A stretch of 64,000 nucleotides of DNA from Acidobacteriota bacterium (lineage in GTDB: Bacteria > Acidobacteriota > UBA890 > WLXD01), in NCBI GenBank assembly GCA_963666215.2, contig CAXWPL010000004.1:448001-512000 (forward strand), written 5' to 3'. The notes beneath the pieces are model-generated. The model made no database searches. It worked only from the letters and a program-made list of their open reading frames with translations, and had not been told where the DNA came from. Of this stretch, positions 22,581 through 32,325 are shown one piece after another. Position numbers and translations under genes: made by a program. Each line of letters opens with the position of its first letter. The stretch's first letter is position 1.

Positions 22581-22808
22581 ATGAGAACGATCGTGGAACT
22601 GCCCAACCGTCAGCTGGATGCGCTCGCGGCGATCTGTCGCGCGGAGAAAATCTCTCGTGCGGAGGCCATCCGCCGCGCTATCGATTCCTGGATCGAGACT
22701 GTCCCATCCGAAGCGGTCGAAGCCTTCGGACTATGGCGCGAACGCGGTATCGATGCGCTGCAGTACGAGGCCTCACTCCGGGCCGAGTGGGACCGGCCGG
22801 AGTCGTGA
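22581..22808 (+). CDS. Ribbon-helix-helix (CopG-like) antitoxin
   Basis: MRTIVELP...ISRAEAIRRAI...AFGLW...LRAEW; GTGA overlap with the PIN gene; TATGAT ends 6 nt before the ATG, so possibly leaderless. Confidence 0.88.
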   Translation: MRTIVELPNRQLDALAAICRAEKISRAEAIRRAIDSWIETVPSEAVEAFGLWRERGIDALQYEASLRAEWDRPES

Positions 22809-23170
22809 GAGTCGTCTTCGACACGAACGTGCTCATCGACTACCTCAACGGCGTTCCACAAGCGAAAGAGGAAATCGCACGCTACAAGAAACGGTATGTC
22901 AGCATCGCGACCTGGATGGAGGTGCTGGCCGGTGCCCGCGATGGCGCAGAGATGGACCTGCTGCGTGTCTTCCTTGCAGGTTTCGAGATTGTGGAGCTCG
23001 ACCGGCCGATCGCCGAAGCGGCGATTGAGCTACGGAGGACGCACCGTGTTCGACTTCCCGATGTCATCATTTGGGCGACGGCTCGAACGCTGGACGGGCT
23101 CCTCGTTACACGCAACACGCGCGACTTCCCGGAACGTGACCCCGACGTCCGCGTCCCCTATCGCCTGTAA
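22805..23170 (+). CDS. vapC: VapC/PIN-domain toxin
   Basis: VVFDTNVLIDYL, SIATWME, LPDVIIWATA, VTRNTRDF. Confidence 0.92.
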   Translation: MRVVFDTNVLIDYLNGVPQAKEEIARYKKRYVSIATWMEVLAGARDGAEMDLLRVFLAGFEIVELDRPIAEAAIELRRTHRVRLPDVIIWATARTLDGLLVTRNTRDFPERDPDVRVPYRL

Positions 23171-23191
23171 GTCGGTCCCTCGACTACGCGA

Positions 23192-25375
23192 ATGAACACG
23201 ACGCTTCCGTTCGATACTGGGCAGTCCCACGCCGACGTCATCGAGGTTGTGCGTCGGTACTGGGGCTTCGAGATGCTGCGGCCGCTGCAGGCCGAGGCGG
23301 TGCGTGCCGGACTCGATCGCCGCGACTCGCTGGTAGTGCTGCCGACCGGCGGTGGCAAGTCGCTGTGTTATCAGGTGCCGCCGTTGTTGGCCGGGCGAAC
23401 CGACATTGTGGTGTCGCCGCTGATCTCTCTGATGAAGGACCAGGTTGACGGCCTGCGCGCCAACGGATATCCGGCGGCCGCCGTGCACAGCGGGCTCGAC
23501 CGGCAAGAGCGCGCCGAGGCCGAGCGCTTTATTGCGTCGGGCGACTGTCGACTGGCGTTCGTGTCGCCGGAGCGCCTGGTGACATCGTGGTTTCTGCAGA
23601 CCGTCGAGCGACTGGGCATTCGCTCGTTCGCGGTGGACGAGGCGCATTGCATTAGCCACTGGGGTCACGATTTCCGGCCCGAGTACCGGCAGCTGGCGGT
23701 GCTCAAGGAACGCATCCCCGGCGCCAGCGTGCACGCCTACACCGCCACCGCGACGCCGCGCGTTCGCGACGACATCGTGGCGCAGCTCGGGCTCGAGGAC
23801 GCCCAGGTGCTGGTGGGACGCTTCGACCGGCCGAATCTCACCTACCGACTGGTGCCGCGGCTCGACCTGCGAGCCCAGGTGGAAGAGATTCTGGCTCGGC
23901 ATACGAACCAGGCGGCCATCATCTACTGCATCAGCCGCAAGGACACCGAGAAGCTCGCCGAGCATCTCATCAAGCGCGGTCACCGCGCCGCCTGCTACCA
24001 CGCCGGTCTCGAGCCAGCCGTTCGCCGCCGCACGCAGGAGGCGTTCACCAACGAACAGATGGACGTGGTCGCCGCGACGGTGGCGTTCGGCATGGGCATC
24101 GATCGCAGCGATGTGCGGTGCGTCATCCATGCCGCGATGCCCAAGTCGATCGAGCACTACCAACAGGAGACGGGCCGCGCGGGTCGTGATGGCCTCGAGG
24201 CCGAGTGCGTGCTGCTCAACTCTCCGGCCGACGCGGTGCGCTGGCGACAGTTGCTGGAGCGCAACGCGCAGGAAAACGTGCCGGCTGCGTCTGGCGTCTC
24301 GGGCATTTCCGATAGCGAGCCGCCGCCGCCCGACCTCTACGACGCCGACGACCCCGGAATCGCGCAGGAAGAGCCTCCGTATCCTTATGAAGAGCCTCAT
24401 GAAGAGCCTCTCGATGGAGGGCCTGTGGATGAAGGGCCTCTCGACCACGACGCGGCGATCCCGCGAGTTGTGGTGGCACGCGAGAGCAAGCTCAGGGCCG
24501 TGACGCCGCCAGCCACGGGGGTCGACCCACAGAAGGCCGCGCTGGAGCTGCTCGACCAGATGCGGCGCTTCTGCACCCCCGGCACCTGCCGCCACCAGGC
24601 GCTGTCGGAGTACTTCGGCCAGACGTACGAGCCCCCGTGCAGCTCCGAGGCTATCGACACCCACGCCGACGGCGATGACGACGACGCTGGCGTCCAGATC
24701 GCCGAAGGCTGTGGCGCCTGCGACGTTTGCCTCGGGGAAACCGACGGCTGGGTGGACGGCACTCGCGACGCCCAGATGGTGCTGTCTTGCGTGGCTCGTC
24801 TCGGCCAGATGGGCACCGCGTACGGCATGAACCACGTGGTCGATGTGCTGCGCGGCGCCGACACCCAGTCGATCCGTTCGCGCGGCCACAACACACTCTC
24901 GACCTGGGGCGTGATGTCGGCAAAGGGACGCAAGGAGTTGCTGCATCTGACCTTCCAGCTCATCGACCAGGCGGTGCTCGAGCGCAGCGACGGCGAGTAC
25001 CCGGTGCTGACGCTCAACGACCGCTCGCTCGAGGTACTGCGCGGCGAGCGCACCGTGCGGCTCGCCCCGGTGCGCGTCCGAGCCGCCAAGACCTCTGCGC
25101 GTGACGCGGCGTCGTGGCACGGCGTCGATGTCGATCTGTTCGAGCGCCTGCGCGGACTTCGCACCGAGATCGCGCGCGCCCGCGACGTGCCGCCCTACCT
25201 CATCTTCAACGACGCCAGCCTGCGCGACATGGCCAGCAGCCGTCCCGAGACTCCACAAGAATTCCTCGCCATCCACGGCGTGGGCGACAAGAAGCTTGCC
25301 GACTTCGGTGAGACTTTCCTCGCCTGCATTGCCGGAGCGCCCGAGTCGATCGAGACCGCCAGCGACACCGCCTAG
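23192..25375 (+). CDS. recQ: ATP-dependent DNA helicase RecQ with RQC and HRDC domains and a long acidic insertion
   Basis: PTGGGKSLCYQ, VDEAHCISHWGHDFRPEY, TATA, ATVAFGMGID, QETGRAGRDG, CR...CGACDVC, HRDC (PPYLIFND). Confidence 0.95.
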   Translation: MNTTLPFDTGQSHADVIEVVRRYWGFEMLRPLQAEAVRAGLDRRDSLVVLPTGGGKSLCYQVPPLLAGRTDIVVSPLISLMKDQVDGLRANGYPAAAVHSGLDRQERAEAERFIASGDCRLAFVSPERLVTSWFLQTVERLGIRSFAVDEAHCISHWGHDFRPEYRQLAVLKERIPGASVHAYTATATPRVRDDIVAQLGLEDAQVLVGRFDRPNLTYRLVPRLDLRAQVEEILARHTNQAAIIYCISRKDTEKLAEHLIKRGHRAACYHAGLEPAVRRRTQEAFTNEQMDVVAATVAFGMGIDRSDVRCVIHAAMPKSIEHYQQETGRAGRDGLEAECVLLNSPADAVRWRQLLERNAQENVPAASGVSGISDSEPPPPDLYDADDPGIAQEEPPYPYEEPHEEPLDGGPVDEGPLDHDAAIPRVVVARESKLRAVTPPATGVDPQKAALELLDQMRRFCTPGTCRHQALSEYFGQTYEPPCSSEAIDTHADGDDDDAGVQIAEGCGACDVCLGETDGWVDGTRDAQMVLSCVARLGQMGTAYGMNHVVDVLRGADTQSIRSRGHNTLSTWGVMSAKGRKELLHLTFQLIDQAVLERSDGEYPVLTLNDRSLEVLRGERTVRLAPVRVRAAKTSARDAASWHGVDVDLFERLRGLRTEIARARDVPPYLIFNDASLRDMASSRPETPQEFLAIHGVGDKKLADFGETFLACIAGAPESIETASDTA
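24368..24445 (+). repeat. Degenerate tandem repeat (GAAGAGCCTC core, 5 copies) encoding EEPP/EEPH/EEPL/GGPV/EGPL inside recQ
   Basis: gaagagcctccgtatccttatgaagagcctcatgaagagcctctcgatggagggcctgtggatgaagggcctctc. Confidence 0.8.
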
Positions 25376-25387
25376 CGTCGACTCTGG

Positions 25388-25707
25388 CTAGCGCCGGCCG
25401 ATCGCGAACAGGTGCCGGTCGCCGCGCACGTACATGCGGCCGTTGGCGATCGCGGGCGACGCCCAGAGCGACTCGCCCATCGAGTTGGTCGCCAGCACCT
25501 CGTGCTCGGGCCCGGCGCGGACCACGAACATGTCGCCGTCTTGCCCCGACAGCACGATGTTGCTGCCGAACGCAACGGGTGACGCTACAAAGCGCGTCGG
25601 CAGTGGCACGCGGCCGCCGTGCCGCTGATCGCGATCGCCGGAATGGCAACAAGCACCGCCGCCACAGCAGCAACGAGCGCGGCGCCGTTGGAACGGCTGA
25701 AACTCAT
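25388..25707 (-). pseudogene. PQQ-binding-like beta-propeller protein reduced to its signal peptide plus last ~75 aa
   Basis: RBS GAGGGG + ATG at 25707 gives MSFSRSNGAALVAAVAAVLVAIPAIAISGTAA, joined out of frame at about 25615 to GGRVPLPTRFVASPVA...ASPAIANGRMYVRGDRHLFAIG. Confidence 0.78.
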
Positions 25708-25879
25708 GCCCCTCTGTTCGTATCGGATCACACGCTTCCTCCCGAGCCGCTGAGCTCCCGTTTCGACCTCTTTCGATCAATCTCGATCGACTGCTATTGT
25801 CGAGTCTCGACGCGACCGCGGAACAGTACTTGATTCGAACCTACCCGTCGTCGGATCCGATTCGGACGGCCTCGCTCGA

Positions 25880-27046
25880 TCAGCGCCCGCCTGCGCTTCG
25901 TGTTCTGACGCGCTCCAGCAGCTCCTCAACCAGCTCGGTTTGGCGATCCCCGCTGAACCGCGTGGTCGCCAGGCGGCGGGCCTCTTGGCCCATCGTGCGA
26001 ACCGTCGCCCGGTCGGCGGCGAGAGACGCGATGGATCTTGCTAGTTTCTCGATGTCGCCCGACGGGTAGAAGCGCGCGGCACCGGTGAGATGCTCGCGCA
26101 TGTACTCGATATCAACGGTGACAATGGGCAGACCCGCGGCGAGAAACTCGAACAGCTTCAACGGCGACCAGTACCAGCCCAGTTGTAGCGCCGGGTGCGC
26201 GGCCAGATTGAATGGCGCCAAGCCCACGTCGGCCGCCGCCAAGCGCGCCGGCACCTCGAGATGAGGAACGGCGCCGGGAAACTCGACACGATCCTCCACA
26301 CCCGCCGAACGAGCGACGGCTCGGGCGGCGTCCCAGCGTGGGCCGTGGCCGAGGAACGAAACCTGGATGTCGACGCCGAGCTCCACACACCTGGCCACAG
26401 CCCGCACCAGATCTTCGGCGCCGTGCCAGGCGCGAAAACTGCTCAGGTACACGCAACGCAACGGTCCGTCGTTACTGGTCGGCGGCCCGGGCTGGAATCG
26501 CTCGGTGTCGGCGCCATTGACAACGTCGACGTAGCCCTCCCGATACTCCTCCGGCATCACCAGCGCCGCCTGTCCGTAGAACGCCGAGGCCATCTCCATC
26601 TGCGCACGACGCCATCGCGCGATGGGCCGTATGAGAGAAAGCGCGTCGAGGCGATCGCGCCACGAGCCCGGGTACGGTCGCGCCGGCGTATGCACTTCGG
26701 CCACGGCCGGAACGCCCAGCGCGCGCGCAGCCAGCAACCCCGTACCACCGAAAGCATGGAAACGCTCGATGACGATCTCGGGCCCGACCCGCTCGGCAAT
26801 GCGCCGGACCTGTTTTCGTGCGGTCCACTGCAGCTGGTCCATCGCCAGCCACGGTCGTACCGGATAAAGGCGAATGCCCTGCAACCAGTCCGCGGTCTCG
26901 GCGGTCGTGCCAGGCTCGCCTGCTTGGGCAACGAGATGCAGCTCGTGCCCGCGCCGAACCAATCCGCGCGCCAGCTCGATGGTGTGAACGCTGCCGCCGT
27001 GCGAGCCCGGAATCGGAATCCCGGTGGTCACGTAGAGAATGCGCAA
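25880..27046 (-). CDS. Glycosyltransferase family 4
   Basis: LRILYV...GGSVH, RGHELH, NGAD.ERF, WHG, SPLKLFEFLAAGLPIV; TTG start 2 nt after the upstream stop. Confidence 0.92.
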   Translation of the reverse strand: MRILYVTTGIPIPGSHGGSVHTIELARGLVRRGHELHLVAQAGEPGTTAETADWLQGIRLYPVRPWLAMDQLQWTARKQVRRIAERVGPEIVIERFHAFGGTGLLAARALGVPAVAEVHTPARPYPGSWRDRLDALSLIRPIARWRRAQMEMASAFYGQAALVMPEEYREGYVDVVNGADTERFQPGPPTSNDGPLRCVYLSSFRAWHGAEDLVRAVARCVELGVDIQVSFLGHGPRWDAARAVARSAGVEDRVEFPGAVPHLEVPARLAAADVGLAPFNLAAHPALQLGWYWSPLKLFEFLAAGLPIVTVDIEYMREHLTGAARFYPSGDIEKLARSIASLAADRATVRTMGQEARRLATTRFSGDRQTELVEELLERVRTRSAGGR

Positions 27047-27048
27047 GT

Positions 27049-28395
27049 TCAGCGGTGCTGCGGATTCGGGCGATCCGGGCGGCTCAGGGGACCGCCGTCC
27101 CAGTTCTGCGCACTCGAGATGTTCGGCATGCCGTGGTCGGCGCCGTTCCATCCCTGGAAGCCCTCCATGCGGAACGCCCAGAAGCCGCTGGTGGAGTCGG
27201 AAACCACAATCAACCCGTCGGCGTTGCGCACGTCGACGCCGAAGGCGCCGTTGAAGACGTCGGTGAAATCGGTATTCAACGACCCGAGGTAGGTGTCGTA
27301 GTAGGCGACGGTCTGCGGATTCTTCGGGTCGGCGAGCGTGAAGACTTGCAGCCCGTCGACGTAGCCCGAGACGAACACGTAGGGCCAGCGCACCTCGTGG
27401 TTATGAACCAGATGGCGCCAGTCGGCGGTCCAGGCCGAGATCGGCGTTCTGATGTTGCTGGTCTCGCCATCGAGCGCCGGCTTGAGGTCGAAAATCCGCA
27501 GCGGCGCGTATCGGTATTCGGTTTCGCCAATGGCATAGCGACCATCGGGCGACGGCGTGAAAGTGTGACCCCATTGCACGCCGCTGATCCCGGTGAGCGA
27601 GATCCGCAACGCCGGGTTCTCGAGGTCGGTCACGTCGTAGATGAAGTAGCCGCCCGTGCCGCCGCCGTAGAAGCGATCTTCGCCGCTGTCGGGGTGATGG
27701 CCGACGTAGAGGTCGTGGTAGCCCTGGAACGGGCCGTCGGTGCTACCCACGGGAACCTTGGCGACGAGCGCATCGTCCATGTCGCCGGCGATCACATGCC
27801 CCAGATCGTAGACGTAGGCGTACGGCCCGCCGACGGTAGTGAACAGCAGCACACGATCGTTGGTGTGCTTGTAGATGAAGATATTGTGGAAGCCGCCTGG
27901 GTACTCGGGGGCGCGCAGGCGAGCCACCTCTGTGACGCTGTCGGGGTCGGGCAACCCCGTGACGTCGAGCACCACCGCTCCCATGTCGGCGTCGGGACCG
28001 CCCTGCCCGAACTGGGTCGACTGCACCACGTAGTAACGCCCCTGCCATTTGAAATGCTTGACGTCCATGCCGCCCGCGCCGACGTGCAGGTCCTGATCCT
28101 CGATGCGCCAGCTGTAAATGACGCGCGGCTGGGCGGGGTCGTGGAGATCGATGATGTCCATGCCTCGCTCGCCGCCGCCGAGAATGTTGGCGCGACCGAT
28201 ATAGGCGTAGGGCCGCGACAGCTCCTGCTCGACGTCAATGTCGGTGACGCTGATGCGCGCGCCGAGCGGCAGGTGGGCGACAACCTCGAGATTGTCGCTG
28301 CCGCGCTTCTCGGCAGTCCACTGGGCGTGGGCAACCCAGCCACCGCTGAGGCTGGAAACAATCAGGAGCACGAACACACGCAACGGGATTCTCAC
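27049..28395 (-). CDS. Secreted LVIVD-repeat (choice-of-anchor B-like) beta-propeller protein
   Basis: GGAGG RBS + GTG, signal peptide, repeats GMDIIDLHDPAQP, AVVLDVT, FIYDVTDLENP, GLQVFTLADPKNP; periodic His (FHN, YHD, GHT, VHN). Confidence 0.8.
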   Translation of the reverse strand: MRIPLRVFVLLIVSSLSGGWVAHAQWTAEKRGSDNLEVVAHLPLGARISVTDIDVEQELSRPYAYIGRANILGGGERGMDIIDLHDPAQPRVIYSWRIEDQDLHVGAGGMDVKHFKWQGRYYVVQSTQFGQGGPDADMGAVVLDVTGLPDPDSVTEVARLRAPEYPGGFHNIFIYKHTNDRVLLFTTVGGPYAYVYDLGHVIAGDMDDALVAKVPVGSTDGPFQGYHDLYVGHHPDSGEDRFYGGGTGGYFIYDVTDLENPALRISLTGISGVQWGHTFTPSPDGRYAIGETEYRYAPLRIFDLKPALDGETSNIRTPISAWTADWRHLVHNHEVRWPYVFVSGYVDGLQVFTLADPKNPQTVAYYDTYLGSLNTDFTDVFNGAFGVDVRNADGLIVVSDSTSGFWAFRMEGFQGWNGADHGMPNISSAQNWDGGPLSRPDRPNPQHR

Positions 28396-28552
28396 CGGAC
28401 CCTCCAGAAAAGCTTCGTCAGCACGCCCGGGCTCGGGTCGGGATCGAGATCGCTCTTGCGGCTCTGCATGACAGCCGGAAACATTCCACACATCAAAGTT
28501 GCGGGCAACCGGAGCCCGCCCGACGGCCCTTCCACGAGATATCGCTACGGCG

Positions 28553-28978
28553 CTAGCTGGCGGATCCGCGCCTGGCCACGCGCTCGCCAACGATCAACAG
28601 TGCTGGAATCAGCGTCACGAACTGGGTCAGCGTGAACCAGACAGGCTCGGTGACCACCCCGAGAACGATGTTGCCGACGGCCACGAAAACGGTCATCGCT
28701 GCCGCGGCACGGACGGCGGTTTTGCCCCTCACGGCGCCGCCCACGAAGGCGGCAACAACGCCGGCCAGTGAGCCGGTAGCGAGCATGGCCAGCACCACGT
28801 ACACAACACCCACCATACCGGCTGGCAACTCGCCGTGCACGAACCACATCAGTACCGCCACGGAAAGACCGGTGGAAACAACCACGTATCCGGCAAGCGC
28901 TCCCGCGGCGACGCGGGCCCGGCCGCACCACAGGTCCCACGATGCTTTCTTGGCGTTCGCGTTCAACTGCACCTCCAC
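28553..28978 (-). CDS. Hypothetical 4-TM membrane protein
   Basis: Four hydrophobic segments and a C-terminal PVWF motif; start uncertain. Confidence 0.6.
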   Translation of the reverse strand: MEVQLNANAKKASWDLWCGRARVAAGALAGYVVVSTGLSVAVLMWFVHGELPAGMVGVVYVVLAMLATGSLAGVVAAFVGGAVRGKTAVRAAAAMTVFVAVGNIVLGVVTEPVWFTLTQFVTLIPALLIVGERVARRGSAS

Positions 28979-29220
28979 GCACGCCCGAGCCGCGAGCGCG
29001 CTCCATGAAAGAGCGGGAATGGATCAGCAACGCCTGAGCGAGTGCAACGGCGACGATAACAGCAGCGGATCGCGGTCGGTCCGCCGAGACGGCTGCGAAG
29101 AGCGATGGGAGGACGGCACAACAACCTCGCCCTGCTAGAATGCGGCGCGCTTCGGGCGATGTCGGCCTGACGCCCGACGCTGAAGACCGCCATACACGTG
29201 GAGCATACGGAACCTGTCGC

Positions 29221-30258
29221 ATGGCACTCGCCCCAAACACCGCCCAAGACACCGCCTCCGCTGAGCCCCCAGGCTCTTCCCAACGAGCCGGCTGGGCGCT
29301 CGGTTGTGGGCTCGCCCTGCTGCTCGCAGGCCTGGCGGGCTGGCAGATCATCGAACGTGGTCACAGTGGGACGCCCCTGGTTTTTTCGCTGCTGGCGACC
29401 ACGCTGCTATTTCTGCCGTACACGCTGTTCGGCCTCACGAACCTGCCGCAGCGACTGCGACCCCGTCTCTCGCGACACGCCGCGGCTCTCCCACTGGCTG
29501 CGGCAGGGCTACTCGTCCCTTATCTGATTTACGGGCTCGGCACCGGCACCCTGTCGCTCACCAACCTCGCCATCATCGCGGCGTTCGTGATGGTTCCTAC
29601 GGCGATCGTCCTTGCTACTCGTAAGGCGGCGCCGGCTGCCGGAGCCATCATCGCGGTGCTGGCGATCTGGCTGCCTTTCGATTTTCGCTGGGTCCAAGGC
29701 TTGTGGACATGGCCCGAGGGACTCGGCGCCTACGGCCTGAGCACTGTGCTCGCGGTCGACGTCGCGCTGCTGCTTTTCGTTGCCTATCTGGGAACAGAGA
29801 ACGTCGGCTACCGCTTGCGGTGGACGCGTCTGGATGCCCGCGTGATTGTCGAGAACGCGGGGATTTTCGCGCTGATCGCGATCCCTCTCGGGCTGGCGAT
29901 CGGCTTCATCGCTTTCGAGCCGCGCAACTCCGGAGCTTTGTCGGCAATCGGGGCGTTTCTGGCGATCTTCATGTTCATCGCGCTGCCCGAGGAGTTCCTC
30001 TTCCGCGGCCTCATCCAGAACTTTTTCGAGCAGCGCTGGGGCAAGAACGCGGCGACGTTGGGCGCCGCGGCGCTGATCTTCGGCGCCTCGCACCTTAACA
30101 ACGGTGGTTTCCCCAACGTGAAGTACTTCATCCTGGCGACCATCGCCGGGGTGGTCTACGGCCGCGCGTTCCGCCAGTCGGGCGGCCTGATGGCGGGCGC
30201 CACCGTGCACGCACTCGTTGACGCCGTATGGCGCGAGCTCTTCCGCCCACCGGGTTGA
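29221..30258 (+). CDS. CPBP (CAAX/Abi) family intramembrane glutamic protease
   Basis: LPEEFLFRG, FGASH and HALVD motifs; multiple TM helices. Start could be 29140. Confidence 0.9.
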   Translation: MALAPNTAQDTASAEPPGSSQRAGWALGCGLALLLAGLAGWQIIERGHSGTPLVFSLLATTLLFLPYTLFGLTNLPQRLRPRLSRHAAALPLAAAGLLVPYLIYGLGTGTLSLTNLAIIAAFVMVPTAIVLATRKAAPAAGAIIAVLAIWLPFDFRWVQGLWTWPEGLGAYGLSTVLAVDVALLLFVAYLGTENVGYRLRWTRLDARVIVENAGIFALIAIPLGLAIGFIAFEPRNSGALSAIGAFLAIFMFIALPEEFLFRGLIQNFFEQRWGKNAATLGAAALIFGASHLNNGGFPNVKYFILATIAGVVYGRAFRQSGGLMAGATVHALVDAVWRELFRPPG

Positions 30259-30930
30259 GCTCGGTCAAGGAGCGGGGACCGCGCCGTAGGCCACCTGCGC
30301 CGCTAGGGACAGTTCATGATGACCGGGTTGTTCAACGGGGCGAACGGCGACGGCGTCTTGGCCCGGCTTTGAACCCTTCGCCTGTCTCCGGTGGCCGTAT
30401 CGGTGTAGTTGATGACCATCTGGGTCGTGACATCCGCGGCGAAGATCGAGAGATAGAAGCCGGGATTGTTGGTATCGCGACAGCGGTTCTTCGCCTCGAT
30501 GCGAACGTCCCCGGCCGTCCCTAGGCCCGGGCGCGCGAACGTCCCCGCGGCGAAGCCATTTCGCTTGACAACGCCTGTTTGGTCGGTCGCGTCGAACGGA
30601 TCGGTCCAGTCCATCGCGACTTCGAAGCGGTCCCCAAAGAGGCAGATCGTCTCGGAGTCAGGTGTGCAAGTCTCGGCTTGCCCTGCCGTGCATCCCACCC
30701 AGGCCTTGTCGAGCGTCGCGTTCCCGGACACTTCGAAGTCGGCGTGAAGCGTGCCTCCAGTACCCTCGACAAGAAACTCGCGGCCAAGGGCCTCCCTGCC
30801 AATGACTTCCCTGGGGAGATCCAGATCCCAGGACGCGTAGCCGCCGCGGTTGACGCGCGTTCGCCTAGAAAGGGGAACCGGCAGCGCGAAGATCACGTTG
30901 CCGTCATCGTCGAGAAGCTCGCCGACTAGT

Positions 30931-31973
30931 TGTGTTTTCTAAGTAGGTTGTTCACATCGGGGCTCACTTCTGAGATCAATGGGGTTGTTCAAAAGACTCC
31001 ACGACCTCAGAAGGAGCGCCCGATGCAGCTGCATGGTAACGCCCGCACGACGCCGTATATACGCCGAGAGATGGTCCGCCGAGTCCGGGAGCGGGCGGAG
31101 CCCGTGACGGAAACGGCGGCGGCGCTCGGCGTGTCGGCTCGAACGGTTTACAAGTGGCTGGATAGATACGAGCGAGAAGGTGAGGCCGGGCTGCTCGATC
31201 GATCAAGCCGGCCGACGTGCTGTCCGCACGCAACAAGCGCTGGAGTTGTGAGGCAGATCGACAAGCTACGTCGGCGGCGACTGACGGCCTGGCAGATCAG
31301 CCGAAGGTTGGCTGTGCCGCGCTCGACCGTCTCGGCGTGGCTGAAGCGGCTCGGACTCGCCAAGCTTGATGCGCTCGAGCCCAAGCCCGAGATCGTTCGC
31401 TACGAGTACGAGCACCCCGGTGACCTACTGCACCTGGATACGAAGAAACTGGCCCGTATCCGGCGACCTGGACACCGCATCCACGGCGACCGCTCCAAGC
31501 GGGCCTACGGCGTCGGCTGGGAGAACGCCCACGTCGCTATCGACGATCACTCTCGGGTGGCGTACGTCGAAGTGCTGCCCGCCGAAGACCAACACACCTG
31601 CACAGCGTTCCTGCAGCGAGCCGTCGAGCACTTCGCTTCGATGGGAGTAGCGGTGCGCCGAGTGATGACAGACAACGGGCCTGGCTACGTCTCGAAGCGC
31701 TTCAATCGCCTATGCCATCAACTCGAGATCCGGCACATTTACACCCGGCCCTACACCCCCAGAACCAACGGCAAAGCCGAACGCTTCATCCGCACACTCA
31801 AGGAGCAGTGGGCCTACGGCACCTGCTACCAGACCTCAGCTCGACGTACTCGAGCTCTACGGCCCTGGCTCAACCACTACAATCGTCACCGCCCCCACGC
31901 CGGCATCGGCATGACACCGCCGATCGCTCGGCTCTCAGGGGTGAGTTCGTGAACAACCTACCTAGAACTCACA
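30931..31973 (+). mobile_element. IS481-family insertion sequence with 6-bp target duplication ACTAGT
   Basis: TGT...ACA ends; 25-bp IR TGTGTTTTCTAAGTAGGTTGTTCAC versus TGTGAGTTCTAGGTAGGTTGTTCAC; ACTAGT at 30925-30930 and 31974-31979. Confidence 0.96.
31023..31952 (+). CDS. IS481 family transposase
   Basis: AAGGAG RBS; HGNARTTP, GLLDRSSRP, HLDTKKL, IDDHSR, MTDNG, PRTNGKAERF, YNRHRPH. Confidence 0.95.
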   Translation: MQLHGNARTTPYIRREMVRRVRERAEPVTETAAALGVSARTVYKWLDRYEREGEAGLLDRSSRPTCCPHATSAGVVRQIDKLRRRRLTAWQISRRLAVPRSTVSAWLKRLGLAKLDALEPKPEIVRYEYEHPGDLLHLDTKKLARIRRPGHRIHGDRSKRAYGVGWENAHVAIDDHSRVAYVEVLPAEDQHTCTAFLQRAVEHFASMGVAVRRVMTDNGPGYVSKRFNRLCHQLEIRHIYTRPYTPRTNGKAERFIRTLKEQWAYGTCYQTSARRTRALRPWLNHYNRHRPHAGIGMTPPIARLSGVSS

Positions 31974-32325
31974 ACTAGTGTGAAACGAATGTTCCCTTTC
32001 GGCGCACCTTCACTCATGGCGCGGGCCGTACAACGGATGATCGCGTCGTCTTCGTCGGGCACCCACCCCAGGCTGACGGCGAGGTCGTCGTCGGGAAAGT
32101 CGAATGCGCGAACCGGGCCACCGTGGACGTCTCTGTCGATGCCGGCTTCCCGGAAGGAGCCGTCGGCGACGAGGTTCGACGTGCCGCTCAGCAGCGTCAG
32201 CCCGGCGACGGCGAACCCAACCCACGGAAAACGACGCATATTTCCTCCTGCGGTTGGTGGCGCCAGCAGAAAGACACCAGGCACTATATCTGCGTGGGTC
32301 GCGCCAACTCCAGAGATGCCGCGCG

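Larger units (their letters stand above)
30303..32239 (-). pseudogene. Secreted hypothetical protein interrupted by IS481
   Basis: AGGAGG RBS + ATG 32239 with a signal peptide. Removing the IS and one ACTAGT restores one frame (NIRFTLV-GELLDDDGNVIF) ending in a Cys-containing domain CTPDSETICLFGDRFEV...IMNCP. Confidence 0.85.

Noticed and set aside
23030-25276. Long antisense ORFs (this 748-aa one, also 20821..22536, 26818..28635, 8508..9761)
   Set aside because: Shadow frames of real genes in GC-rich DNA, with no recognisable motifs.
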